Origin: Octopus sinensis
Lineage: Eukaryota
Direction: 5' to 3'
NCBI RefSeq assembly: GCF_006345805.1
Contig: NC_043025.1
Span: 3,782,001 to 3,846,000, forward strand
DNA: 64,000 bases
Shown: positions 13,440 through 25,854 of the stretch, in pieces
Layout: each line of letters begins with the position of its first letter
Position numbering within the stretch: position 1 is the first letter of the stretch
The notes under the pieces: generated by a model
Databases searched by the model: none
What the model saw: only the letters and a program-made list of their open reading frames with translations
Told to the model about the DNA's origin: nothing
Made by a program: the position numbers and the translations under genes

Positions 13440-13735
13440 GTGTGTTTTCTGCATTCACCTTTTCTCGATATATTCCTGGTTCCTCCCGGGTGATCCTTCA
13501 AGCAGAGTGCCAGTCAATCCTCATCTGCCCTGGCCATGTGGTGTATGCCCAACACAAGACATTAACCCCAGACATCCTCAGTGAAGGGAACATGGTAAGC
13601 AGGGCCTGATTCAGAAGACTGACCGACATGGCCAAACAGTCGGAGCTGGTGCTCCCAAATCACACAAGCAACAAGAAGCATACCAGTTTCTGGATAGAAT
13701 CATTGGTTGGCTGTAAAATCCAACCAATCACCTGA
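13440..13735 (-). mobile_element. RTE LINE 3' fragment
   Basis: Minus strand reads VIWEHQLRLFGHVGQSSESGPAYHV; same family as 20960-21200. Confidence 0.65.
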
Positions 13736-15499
13736 ATAGAAGCTACAACAAAAGACCCTTGTCTGATGTAGCATGCAATGGGATTGAACTCATAGCCATG
13801 TTGTTGCAAAGTGAACCTCTTAACCATATACTTATAACTCCATAAATATTACAGGATCATATAAAAATGCCATGAGGCATTTGGTTCAGCTTTTAACAGT
13901 CTGAGTTCAAATCCTGCTGAGATCAACTTTACCTTTCATTCGTACAAGGTTAATAAAGTACCAGTCACATATTAGGGCCAATATAATTGACAATTCCCCT
14001 CCCTCAATATTCTGGCCTTTTGCCTATATAAGAAAAAAAATTAATATCAATTAGAGCGGCTGTATGGTAAGTAGCTTGCTTACCAACCACATGGTTCCCG
14101 GTTCAGTCCCACTGCGTGGCACCTTGGGCAAGTGTCTTCTACTATAGCCTCGGGCCGACCAATGCCTTGTGAGTGGATTTGGGAGACGGAAACTGAAAGA
14201 AGCCTGTTGTATATATGTATATATATATATATGTATGTATGTTTGTATATCTGTGTTTGTCCCCCTAGCAGAAGACACTTGCCCAAGATGCCACACAGTG
14301 GGACTGAACCCAGAACCATGTGGTTGGTTAGCAAGCTACTTACCACACAGCCACTCCTGCGCCTATGATATAAATCACTACTGTGTAGAATTGGACATTG
14401 AAACATCTCAATCATCTTTCATCATCATCATTTAACGTCCGTTTTCCATGCTAGCATGGGTTGGACGGTGCAACTGGGGTCTGGGAAGCCAGAAGGCTGC
14501 ACCAGGCTCCAGTCTGATCTGGCAGTGTTTCTACGGCTGGATGCCCTTCCAAACGCCAACCACTCCGTGAGTGTAGTGGGTGCTTTTTACGTGCCACCTG
14601 CACAGGTGCCAGGCGAGGCTGGCAACAGCCATGATTCAGATAGCGCTTTTTACGTGCCACCGGCACGGAAGCCAGTCTAGGTGGCGCTGGCTAAAACCAT
14701 TACAGAGTAACAGAGAGAGAGAGAGAGAGACATTATTTACTGACTGAGCATATCATAAACACTCCCCTTCTCCTCAGATACATTATAAACAGAGAGAATA
14801 AGAGAAAGAGAGAGGAGGGATATTATATAAATCTTTTTATCTTTCATTTGTTTCACCCATAAGACTGTGGTCATGCTGGAGTACCGTGTTGAAGATTTTT
14901 TTAGTCAAATGAATCAACCCTAGGACTTGTCTTTTTTATAAAGCCTGGTACTTATTCTATCAGTCTCTTTTGCTGAACTGCTAAGTAACCACAACACTAC
15001 CAGTTGTTAAGCAGTGGCAACACACATATAACATATATATGACAGGCTTCTTTCAGTTTCTGTCTACCAAATCCACTCACAAGGCTTTGGTCAGCCCGAG
15101 GCTATAGTAGAAGATACTTGCCCAAGGTGCCATGCAGTGGGACTGAACCCAGAGCCATTATATATATATATATATATATATATATAGGATTAATTCACCC
15201 TCTCTGTAATGCTAATAAGCAGGAATTGAGACCCACCTCGTTGTGATTAACAATGGATAAATTTGTCGTCTGTGAGTATGTAATCCCTCCTCATATCTCT
15301 GGAAATTCATATGTGCACTATGGATTAGGTCACCTTCTCTGTGATGCTATTAAAACTTTTTTAAAATTCTGTGATAAGACTGTACATCATCTGTAAAGAA
15401 CTTTAATGAACTTTGGAAATCTGTTTATGTTACTTAATTATCTACATTACTTCATGAGTATAGCCTCAACCACTAGGATGTCTAGAGAACTCACATGTA

Positions 15500-15589
15500 T
15501 TTTAGCTGATGAGTACGGGACACGTTATATGCTGTAATTTTTGCAACATTTAATAAAGCCTGTCCTTGTATGAAACGATTGTACTAAAA
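15500..15589 (+). ncRNA. Type I hammerhead ribozyme motif (Penelope-like-element type)
   Basis: Stem I TTTTAG/CTAAAA (6 bp), CTGATGA, stem II GTACGGGACA/TGTCCTTGTAT, GAAA, stem III AC-GATT-GT, GUA cleavage triplet. Confidence 0.75.
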
Positions 15590-15779
15590 ACCTATCCATT
15601 CTTGTTGCTTCTTTCTCGCTTATAATCACCCCACATTACTGTATTGTTAAAACAGTATAGTTTTTTTTTGGTGCATCTAAGTTAGGTACCATATTCAAGT
15701 AAATTCATTTAAATTAACTTGAATCTTTATTGCTTTTTGTATATATATATATATATATATATATGTCAATTATTCGATA

Positions 15780-15893
15780 GCCATGATAAAACTCCGAGTT
15801 TCGGATGCCGAGATGGAAATCCATGTCTCCATCTCTTCAGTTATCCGGCCATCGGAAAAATACTGTATCCGAAACTCAGAGTTTTATCATGGC
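15780..15893. repeat. Short fold-back element with 27-bp arms
   Basis: gccatgataaaactccgagtttcggat / atccgaaactcagagttttatcatggc (1 mismatch). Confidence 0.85.
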
Positions 15894-16308
15894 TCCCAAA
15901 TAATTGTCACGTATTATATATACAGATAAATTCCTCTATTTACATAATATCGAGGTCTCTTTCATTCTTTTGTTGTCTTACCATTTCCATCAATATATAT
16001 ATATAATATATATATATGTATATGTAAAAAAATACAAACTGGGACAAGAACGCAAAACATTTAGAAGACGATACAAAAAACATGGACGGGACATTCAAAG
16101 CCTTCAATCTTCAGTCAAGAACCGGATCATCCTCGCAATTTCGGCTGATTAATCTTGAGATTGCTCTGACCTGGCCAGCCCAAAAGGAAAATCTAAGCCA
16201 AGCGCATTAGATTCCTTGCAAGAAAACCTCAAATGTCTAAAAAAACAAGGACGGGAACGAATAAGAATACAAAAATACGTAAAAATAATAATGATAACAA
16301 GAATACGA

Positions 16309-16342
<34 letters not shown>

Positions 16343-16399
16343 TATATGAAAAAACAAGTCAAAATAGAAAATGCTAAAATAATTTTATAAAGAACATTT

Positions 16400-16437
16400 C
16401 AGTACCGGTTTCGGTCATTTTGAGACCTTTTCAACTG
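16400..16437 (-). ncRNA. Mirror copy of the minimal hammerhead motif (left arm of palindrome)
   Basis: Exact reverse complement of 16672-16709. Confidence 0.6.
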
Positions 16438-16671
16438 TAACGATTAAATAATTAAATTTAGAAAAATTAGAAGAAAAGTTTTTTTAAAGGAATATTTGTA
16501 TAGTGTTCAGATATAAGTGGTATTCTGCCTTTCTCTGACTCCCTTGTTTGCACTGTGTGCAAACAAGGGAGTCAGAGAAAGGCAGAATGCCACTTATATC
16601 TGAACACTATACAAATATTCCTTTAAAAAAACTTTTCTTCTAATTTTTCTAAATTAATTATTTAATCGTTA

Positions 16672-16709
16672 CAGTTGAAAAGGTCTCAAAATGACCGAAA
16701 CCGGTACTG
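16672..16709 (+). ncRNA. Minimal hammerhead ribozyme motif with U3-A8 core variant (right arm of palindrome)
   Basis: CAG-TTGAAAA-GGTC tcaaaat GACC-GAAA-CCGG-TA-CTG. Confidence 0.6.
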
Positions 16710-16757
16710 AAATGTTCTTTATAAAATTATTTTAGCATTTTCTATCCTGACTTGTTT

Positions 16758-16832
<75 letters not shown>

Positions 16833-17075
16833 GAATTAATTGAACATGATTGAGACAGACACTTCCCTCTCCAAACAATAAAGAGCAATGTGTTGAGAGA
16901 TAAAGAGAGAAGAAGGGGAGAGAGACAGGGAGGGAGGGGGAGATGGAGAGAGATTGCAGTTTATCAACTGGACATGATTGGCATGAACACTTTCCCTGTC
17001 TTCCAACACATAAAAAGAAAGAGAGGTGGGGAATATACATACATACATATACATATTATATATATATATATATAT

Positions 17076-17282
17076 TCTTTTACTCTCTTTTACTTGTTTC
17101 AGTCATTTGACTGCGGCCATGCTGGAGCACCGCCTTTAGTCGAGCAACTTGACCCCGGGACTTATTCTTTGTAAGCCCAGTACTTATTCTATCGGTCTCT
17201 TTTGCCGAACTGCTAAGTGATGGGGACGTAAACACACCAGCATCGGTTGTCAAGCAATGCTAGGGAGACAAACACAAACACG

Positions 17283-17374
<92 letters not shown>

Positions 17375-17551
17375 CATATATAAGTATATACGACGGGCTT
17401 CTTTCAGTTTCCGTCTACCAAATCCACTCACAAGGCTTTGGTCGGCCCGAGGCTATAGCAGAAGACACTTGCCCAAGGTGCCACGCAGTGGGACTGAACC
17501 CGGAACCATGTGGTTGGTTAGCAAGCTACTTACCACACAGCCACTCCTGCA

Positions 17552-17553
<2 letters not shown>
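17076..17553 (-). mobile_element. tRNA-derived SINE family A, full length. Other copies at about 14055-14260(+), 14840-15150(-), 22490-22770(+), 29100-29290(-), 30485-30857(-), 40639-41150(+), 42740-42930(-)
   Basis: Head ggcgcaggagtggctgtgtggtaag...ggttcagtccc (A/B-box-like), central (TA)n, tail gactgaaacaagtaaaagag. Confidence 0.9.
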
Positions 17554-17616
<63 letters not shown>

Positions 17617-17879
17617 GTGTGTATAGAAGGAGAGAGAGGGAGATTGCAATTTATTAACTGAACAAGATTGACATAAACACTTTTCCTCTCCTCAGACACT
17701 TAAACAGAAATATACTCACACATGTCGAGAGAGAGAGAAGAAAAGGGAAACATTAAAATGTCTGAGGTCCCATAAGTTGACATGAAATTCAACAGGGGTC
17801 ACCAAAACAATCCCCTCCACACATCAAAACCCAACAACGACCAAAGTGGGGGACGACACACTAGAAATAACATCTTGCT

Positions 17880-19600
17880 GAAACCACACCCTACCACTTT
17901 AAATGGTGGAAAGACACGTTCGATGATGTAGTCCTAGATACACTGTGCCTGAATAAAAGACAGGATGGTCACAACTGGTGCATCAACTGGATCAGGACTG
18001 ACCCTGGGCTAAACAACAAGGAAAGACACTTAAAAGGTCATCACTTCAATGTCACAGAACAAAAATGAAATCTCCTTCAGATCCAATTCTCATGTGGTTA
18101 AAAAAATAAAAAAGAGCACATTTCATAAGTTAGTCTCAGATAGACTATGTCAGAATAGGAGCCAGGATGCCAGCTGGAGTGCCTTTGATCAATTAGGACT
18201 GACTTGGGGTTAAACAACGATAAGGGTATATTATATAATGTAGTCCTAGATACACTGCGGCTGAATGAAAGACAAGATGGTTACAGCTGGAACATCACTG
18301 ATCAAAGGTCTACTGGATCTGGACTGACCTAGGGCTAAACAATAACGAGGACAGGAGATCATGTAATCCTAAATATACTATGTCAAAAAGACAATGGTAA
18401 CAGGTGGAACATCTTTGATAATAAATCTACTGGATGGGAGCTGACCTGGGGTTAAACAACTGCCTTCATAACACATAATCTGACAGACACAGGACTTCCA
18501 GGTCTCAATCCAACCATGCCCACCTGCACCATCTGTGTCTGTACTTCTCGCATTTCAAATATCAAGCCTATACGTGGTTGCCCAACCTGTTAAAAATAAA
18601 CCTCAAATCATAACCTACTGTCTTGTAAAAAGGAAGGACACGCACAGGATAATATGATCCTAGGTACACAGTGTCTGAAAAAGAAAAAAAGAAAAGTTGG
18701 GATGGTCATGGCTGGAATGCCTATTGATGGTAGATTTTATTGGATCAATACTGGCCTGGAGTTAAAAAAAATAACAATGACAAGGCAGGACACATTAGAT
18801 GATGTACGCTTAGATATACTATGCCTGAATAAAAAGATCAACACAGCTGGAATATAATCACAAGTTTGTTGAATCAGGTGTGACCTAGGGCTAAACAAGA
18901 ACAAAGAAGATACATTAGACTATGTCTGAATAAAAGACATGATGGTCACAGCTGGAACGACTTTGATCACAATCTTGGAAATCAGGACCGACCCAGGGCT
19001 AAACAAGAACAAAGAAAGACACATTAGATATTGTAGTCCTAGATACACTATGTCTGATGGTCACAGCTGGAACACCCTTGATTGAAGGTCTGTTGGATCA
19101 GGGCTGGTCTGGAGCTAAACAACAAGGAAGGACACATCTTTATATATAAAATTGAAGTTGTGTGTGTGAGACTCTGTCTCCTCCGATTTAGATTCCTAAC
19201 TACTCCCACATTTTGCGATGCAGTTTAACCAAAACCAGGTGTCTTATAGTCGTCATTCATATCGAGCCCTTCTGGGTATTAGCGCGCGTCTACTATGAGT
19301 CTACGATTTAAAAAAAAATTTACCATCATTTTTCCGCATTTTTAATGATTTTTGCTCGGGTTATATAAGGGAAGTAACTCTCTAAAAATGCTTATATAGT
19401 TATTTCCCTTACAAACCCGAGCGATACTGCTAGTTAGTCCTAGATGCACTATGTCCAAATAAAAGACAGGATGGTCACGTTTGGAACATATTTAATCAGG
19501 GGCTTGTTGAATTAGGACTAAGTCTAAACAACTACAAGAAAGACAAATTAGATGATGCAGCCCTGGATCTGCTCCCAGGGCCTCGTTAAATTGGCGCTAA
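17880..19600. repeat. Degenerate tandem array, about 115-125-bp unit, from the 3' half of the SINE-like repeat; continues at about 21850-22200
   Basis: Recurrent gtagtcctagatacact...ggatggtcacagctggaac...ctgacctggggctaaacaac, at least 9 units here and 3 more at 21.9-22.2 kb. Confidence 0.8.
19137..19433 (+). mobile_element. Non-autonomous Helitron with partly deleted 3' hairpin, inserted in the tandem array
   Basis: A|TC...CTAG|T; flanks gacaca and ttagtcc rejoin as one array unit. Confidence 0.85.
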
Positions 19601-19991
19601 ACATCAGGGTTCCCATCTGTTTTCTTATAGTTTCTGCCATATTGCAGGTATTTACCATTTCTTCATCATGGACTTATATCCTAAGACAGAGGTAAGTAAC
19701 CAGATTTAGTGGTGGGCCAGGGTGGAAAGGTGGTTTCATATGTTGTGAGTCAAAGTAAATAAAGAAAATGAAACCCTAACCATACAAAACTTTAGAAAGA
19801 TCTGGGTTTTTGGGGTTTTTTTTTAAATGCCACTTGTTGAAGCAAAGGAATCGTTACAACATTTAATGAGTTTCAAATTAGTATGCATCACGTGTGACCC
19901 AGCATGTAGTGAAGAGTTAAAAGCAGTTTTAATCAGGCTGAATGGAAGTGGTTGTGGGCTTTTGTAGTTGATGTGGGGGTCAACCAGTTTC

Positions 19992-20290
19992 GTGGAGGCA
20001 CATGGCCTAGTGGTTAGAGCAGTGGACTCGCGGTTGAGGGATAACGGGTTCAAATCTCAGACCGGGCGATGTGTGTGTTTATGAGTGAAACACCTAAGCT
20101 CCCCGTGGCTCCGGCAGAAGGTAATGGTGAGACTTCTGCTGACTCTTTCGCCACAACTTTCTCTCACTCTTTCCTCCTGCATCTTGCAGCTCACCTGCGA
20201 TGGACCGGCATCCCATCCAGGTGGGGAACCTATATGCCAAAGAAACCGGCCTTTATGAGCCAGGCATGGCTCGAGAACGAATAAACAAAC
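19992..20290 (+). mobile_element. tRNA-derived SINE family D. Other copies at about 29690-29985(-) and 47513-48251
   Basis: Head ggaggcacatggcctagtggttagagcag...gggttcaaatc with A and B boxes, followed by a non-tRNA body. Confidence 0.8.
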
Positions 20291-20416
20291 AAAAACAAAC
20301 AACCAGTTTTGCTGATCCCCTCAACAGACAAATGGTTTTAATCACTCTCTCCCTACTTACAATCACTCATACGTATAAACTATATTGAAAGCAATGGTAG
20401 GGGACCCATTTTCCTT

Positions 20417-20810
20417 TCAGCCTCAAACTGGGAGATGCAAGTGGATCTGAAGGGCAGACTTGTCTTCTCAGAGGAGATGGTGGTAACATCACTCCAACCA
20501 GACATGTTCCTGCTCTTCAGGAATATGAAAACAATAATTGTGGTCGAACTTACTTGCCTTGAGAGGACTTAACTGAAATTTCCTATCAGATAAAACAAAA
20601 TAACGGAATTTAGTCAATGACGCCCCTATCAAGGTCTGGGATGCAGCCTCATTCCCCATTGAAGTCAGCTGTTACAGTTTTCCAGCCAAATCAGTGAGTG
20701 GTTTAAGACAGGACTGGAACCCAGACAACTGAAGAAAGCCATCATGGAAAGATGCACAGCAGTTGAAGCTAGATCAAGATGGCTATGGTTGATGAGAGAT
20801 TGCAAGACGA
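20417..20810 (+). mobile_element. Remnant of the restriction-like endonuclease domain of a HERO/NeSL-type non-LTR retrotransposon
   Basis: WEMQVDLKGRLVFSEEMVVTSLQPDMFL...IIVVELT, FPIEVSC, ARSRWLWLMR; broken by stops. Confidence 0.7.
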
Positions 20811-20959
20811 ACCCTTTTGTAGGTAAAAACTAGCTCAGTCTTTCCTGCCCCACTCAGGAGTTCAAGTGGTTAGGTCAGGTGTGTGCATGTGGAAGGGGAG
20901 GGCATAGCACCAGTTATCGGTAAATTGTTGGGCGACCCATTGAGCAGAATCCAGTTAGT

Positions 20960-21835
20960 CCCCATCTCCAGATTCCTCCTCATCTGCCGTTAGCATGTGG
21001 CATGGGTTAAACAGCACAAGCTGTCAACCCCACTGGTACCCTCGGTGAAGAGAGCGCAATAAGCAGGGTCTAACTCAGACTACTGAGCAACATGGCCTAA
21101 CAGTATGAGCTGATGCTCCTGAAACATACAAGGAACGGGGTACATCTCAGTTTCTGAGTAGAATCGTTGGAGATGAGATCTGACAGATGGTACCCCACAA
21201 TCCCGTGAAACGTCCTGGTAGCAAAGTAGTTCGGGTGGCTCTTGAGGGCCCTGGACAGTGTCAATGTCTCATAACTATAGAACAGGACAGGAGGGACCAG
21301 AGACATAGGGATCCAAACCTTAGTCCTCCTGTGAAACGTCCTGGTAGCAAAGTAGTTCGGGTGGCTCTTGAGGGCCCTGGACAGTGTCAAAGTCTCATAA
21401 CTATAGAACAACAGGAAGGACCAGAGACATAGGGATCCAAACCTTAGTCCTCCTGTGAAACGTCCTGGTAGCAAAGTAGTTCGGGTGGCTCTTGAGGGCC
21501 CTGGACAGTGTCAAAGTCTCATAACTATAGAACAACAGGAAGGACCAGAGACATAGGGATCCAAACCTTTGTCCTCCTGTGTAGATATCAGCAGCACCAA
21601 ACACCCTTGTCCATCGAGTCCACAACTGCACCAGCTCATCCAAGTCTCTTTAGGATTTCAGACTTGCAACCAATGCCACCTTTAATCTTAATGCTGAGAT
21701 AAGTGAAGGGGTCAACAACTTTCACAATCTCAACCACTACGGAGACAGTCGAGGTGGAATCCTCCAAAGAACCAACGAAGGACTGAGGATCAGAACAAAT
21801 AATGCATTTTATCCAACTCTCATACAAAACTGCCA
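20960..21835 (-). mobile_element. RTE LINE 3' fragment containing a triplicated 124-126-bp segment (21205-21581)
   Basis: VKVVDPFTYL, RRTKVWIPMSLV..SYETLTL (x3), GIVGYHLSDL. Confidence 0.8.
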
Positions 21836-24074
21836 AACAATAGATACATTGTGTCTGAAAAACAAAATAAAACAAGATGGTCATGGCTAGAATACATTTG
21901 ATCTGCTTAAGGACGAACCTGGGGCTAAACAAGGAGGAGGAGCAAATTACATTATGTAGCCCTAGATACATTTTATCTGAAAATCAAAAAAGTAAATGAG
22001 ATAGGATAGTCATAGGGGGGATGTTTTTGATCTGCATAAGGGCTGACCTGGGGCTAAACAACAAGGAGGGAGAACACATCACATAATATAGTCCTAGATG
22101 CACTATACCTGAAAAACAAAAAAAAGAATGAAAGGTAGGATGTTCAGGGATGGGATGTTTTCAATCAGGCCTGACCTAGGGTTAAACAACACTTCAAACG
22201 ATAGTTATTGCAATAAGAGAGAATGTTGTTGTTGTTGTTGTTGATATTCATTATCATCATCATTTAATGTCTGTGTTCCATGCTGGCATGGGTTGGATGG
22301 GTTGAGCTGATAAGCCACAGGATTAAGCCAAGCTCTGCTGTCTGTTTTGGCAGGGTTTGTACAACTGGATGCTCTTCCTAACAGCAACCACTCCAGACTG
22401 TACTGGGAGCATTTCACGTGGCACCAACACAAGTGAGGTCACCAGGTAACCCACGAGACAAGACCCTTTATTCCAGGATCAGACCCTTTGCATGGAACCT
22501 TGGGCAAGTGTCTTCTACTGTAACTCCAGCTTGAGCAAAGCTTTGTGAGCGGATTTGGTAGACGGAAACTGAAAGAAGCTCATCACATACATGTGTGTGT
22601 GTCCGTGTGTCCGTCCACCACCACTGCTTGACAACCAGTGGTGGTTTGCTTACAACACCTGTAAGTTAGCAGTTTAGTAAAAGAAACTGATAGAATAAGT
22701 CCTGGGGTTGATTTGTTTGACTGAAACCCTTCAAGGCAGTGTGTCCCAGCATGGCCACAGTCAAATGAGGGAAGCAAGTACAAGATATACACACACCCAC
22801 ACAAAAACAGGTTATCAAATGCCGTACAACATAAATTTTGGATTCGAAGTCGATATAGAACCTCATCCAACGACAGGCACCCATGCCAACCCCCTTTGCT
22901 TGCGAAGACATGTTGGGGCAAGCAAAATCGAAATCGAATTGAACCAGCCAGGATCCCTGGTCTGGTGGTACGTAAAAAGCACTATCCGACTCGTGGCTGA
23001 TGCCAGCGTCGCCTCGACTGGCTTCCGTGCCGGTGGCACGTAAAATACACCAATCTGACCGTGGCCGTGGCCAGCCTCGCCTGGCACCTGTGCAGGTGGC
23101 ACGTAAAAAGCACCCACTACACTCACGGAGTGGTTGGCATTAGGAAGGGCATCCAGCTGTAGAAACACTGCCAGATCAGACTGGAGCCTGGTGCAGCCTC
23201 CTGGCTTCCCAGATCCCCAGTCGAACCGTCCAACCCATGCTAGCATGGAGAATGGACGTTAAACGATGATGATGATGATGATGAACTCTGCCAAACTGCA
23301 ATTAAGACAAGATAACCTCAAGATTGAAAAGTGCTCCAAAGTTGACATGCTGTTGCGAAAAGGGACAGGCAATGTCTGGCAACAAGAGGACAGTTATGGA
23401 TGTGTTTTTGACTCAATAATCATTGCCAGCACATGATGACCTTCTTTCAGTTCACATCTACCAAATTGACACACAGAGGTTTTGATTAACCCAGGGCTAT
23501 AATAAAAGATACTTGCCTAAGGTGCCGTGCAGTGGGACTGAACCTGGAACTATGTAGTTGGTAAGGAAGCTTTGTAATCCAACAGTCATGCCAGTGCTTA
23601 ACCTTTAGGATGCTTCAGCCTATCATGTTACTGTATGAGTTTTCTCCAGGTGCATTGTGTTGCATTGAGAGGGGAGAAAACTCATGCAGTGACATGATAT
23701 ACCTACAGCATGCTAAAGGTTAAATTAATTAACAATAAAACTTGTTGCTTGTATGTTCTGATGTATTCAATTCTTTAGCAATTAAACCAGTCGTATCAGA
23801 CCCAAATATTCTGTCTGTTTTATGCCCAAACTGGCCACATCTGGCTTCTCACACCTACCCTACAATGTCATTCTAAAAATAAACAACTACATAATTGAAA
23901 TCTTGAAGCTACAAGGTAGCTGCATGATTAATTCAAAACAACGAGAAGAAATAAGAGTTATATTTGATAGAGTAATCTAAATTTTAAAGGATTAAGAGAG
24001 ATACAGGGGTAACTTGAGACGACGACAAACAAAACTTTGATGCCATAGCATAACAGCACACTCATCCAGGGGTC

Positions 24075-24345
24075 ATTCCATGTGTGACATTTTGATGAAC
24101 CACTCTTACCCCCACCAGCTGTTTGACTCTCCAGATTTAGCCTCTGCAAATGGTTGTTTTTCTCCACCAAAAGTCTACCCCCAAGAAAGGTAACTGATTT
24201 CTACCAACAGAAGAGATCAAAGAAAATTCGCAAGAACTGCCACCCAATAGCCGAAATGAATTCCAAAACTAAGGAAAACATTGGGAATAGTTTACCAAGG
24301 CTGGAGGGAATTGCGTCAAAGAGGGCATTCTAAGGAAATTCTAAT
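24075..24345 (+). mobile_element. Mariner transposase C-terminal remnant
   Basis: DSPDLASA...TEEIKENSQEL...AGGNCVKEG across frameshifts. Confidence 0.6.
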
Positions 24346-24579
24346 AGATTTGCTTTAATTCTTAGATCTCCTGAATGTAGCTATGTCTGCATGAGAGTGT
24401 GTGTGTACAGACACACACACACACTAAGACAACATGCATTCCAGAAGTTTCGAGGCTTTATCAGACAAGGCAGTTATAACTGTCAGAGATAATTGTAAAT
24501 TTAGTATATCATTGCTAGACATCTAATAAGCTGACCTGCCACCTTTAGTTATTCCAGACTGAAGGAGATGGCTGTAATA

Positions 24580-25210
24580 GTACTTTGAACTTTACTAAAC
24601 ACTGCTTGTCACGGCTGACTAGTTTTGCAGCAGAATGCAGTCAGGAGACGCGAAGGCAATCTGGAAATATTGTTGTGCAATGAAGTTTGGTGTTGAACTG
24701 GGCAAAAACATGGCAAAACCTGCTCCAGACTGGTCGTGGATTAACTTGTATGAGCTGAGCATTTGTTTTTCACTGGCACAAGGGGCCAGGAAAAGCAAGT
24801 CCACTGGCAAGCTCATAATGATCCCCTTTTTCCACAGCACCCACTGGCTTCCCTCTGACCAGAAAGGCAACAAAGAACACTTTGTGGAGGTTTTGAGGGA
24901 GTTCAGGATGCAATTTCATCAGAAAAGGCTAAGACGCCTGCTCCAGTTAACAATTCCATTCTGGTAACTGACCACTCAACAGAGATGCGCATCAAATTTG
25001 ATACTCACCATCCCCACAGTCCAAACCTTGTTCTTTGTGTCTTTGTTGTTCCCTAAGCTGAAGGAGACAATGAGGGAGGGTCCTGAACCCCTTCACTTTA
25101 AAGAACTTCCATGGGTCCTTCATGCAGTGGCTGGAATGCTTCAACAAAAGCATTGAAGTCAGAGAATCCTACTTTGAAGATTAGAGTTTTGGATTTTGAA
25201 ATTAATAAAT
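24580..25210 (+). mobile_element. Mariner transposase remnant
   Basis: LIMIPFFHST..DQKGNKEHFVEVLREFR; PHSPNL..LFPKLK. Confidence 0.75.
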
Positions 25211-25238
25211 CTCAAAACTTCGTTAATGCTCTTTGTAT

Positions 25239-25284
<46 letters not shown>

Positions 25285-25854
25285 ACAAATGTATGTATAT
25301 GTGTAAGCAACTGGTGCAAAATAAAGCACAGCCTACATCTTCAAGACACCAAAGATACAATGAGAAACCCTTAGAAAACTCCAGTGAATCCCACAACAAG
25401 GAATCGACAGCTTCCACATTTGGGGCATAGAGAGACAAAAAAAAAGTCCCATGTAATCGATTGACCTGAAATCACCAATAGGCACCACTATCTGGCACAC
25501 AAACATAGTGTCTCATCGCTCTCTGCTGCTTCTACAATAATGGTCTCAGCGCTTCACAGCTTGTTGGTTTTGCACGACTTCTGTTCAGGCAAGCACCTTT
25601 GGCTTTCTCACCTCTCCTCCTTTTATAATCCAAGCTGAGTCCACTAACAGGGTCCTAACCCTAACTACTAACTCCTGTTTCTTCCTCCCTACAATGTTGA
25701 CATTTTTAATTCCTTTTTTGTCCATTTTTTTTTTCTTCTAGAATTTATTAATTTTCTTGCAACAGTTTGAAAGAAATATTTGTCATTATTGACCCCAATG
25801 ATTTTGAAGAATCTAACTAACCTCTTCTACCAGTCCTTAATGAACTCCTTTTTC

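Larger units (their letters stand above)
16348..16761. repeat. Near-perfect 414-bp palindrome with a 3-nt loop (16554-16556), flanked by (TA)n
   Basis: The left arm is the reverse complement of the right arm with only a few mismatches and one indel. Confidence 0.95.

Noticed and set aside
24635-24967. 110-aa ORF as a host gene
   Set aside because: Frameshifted mariner transposase remnant.
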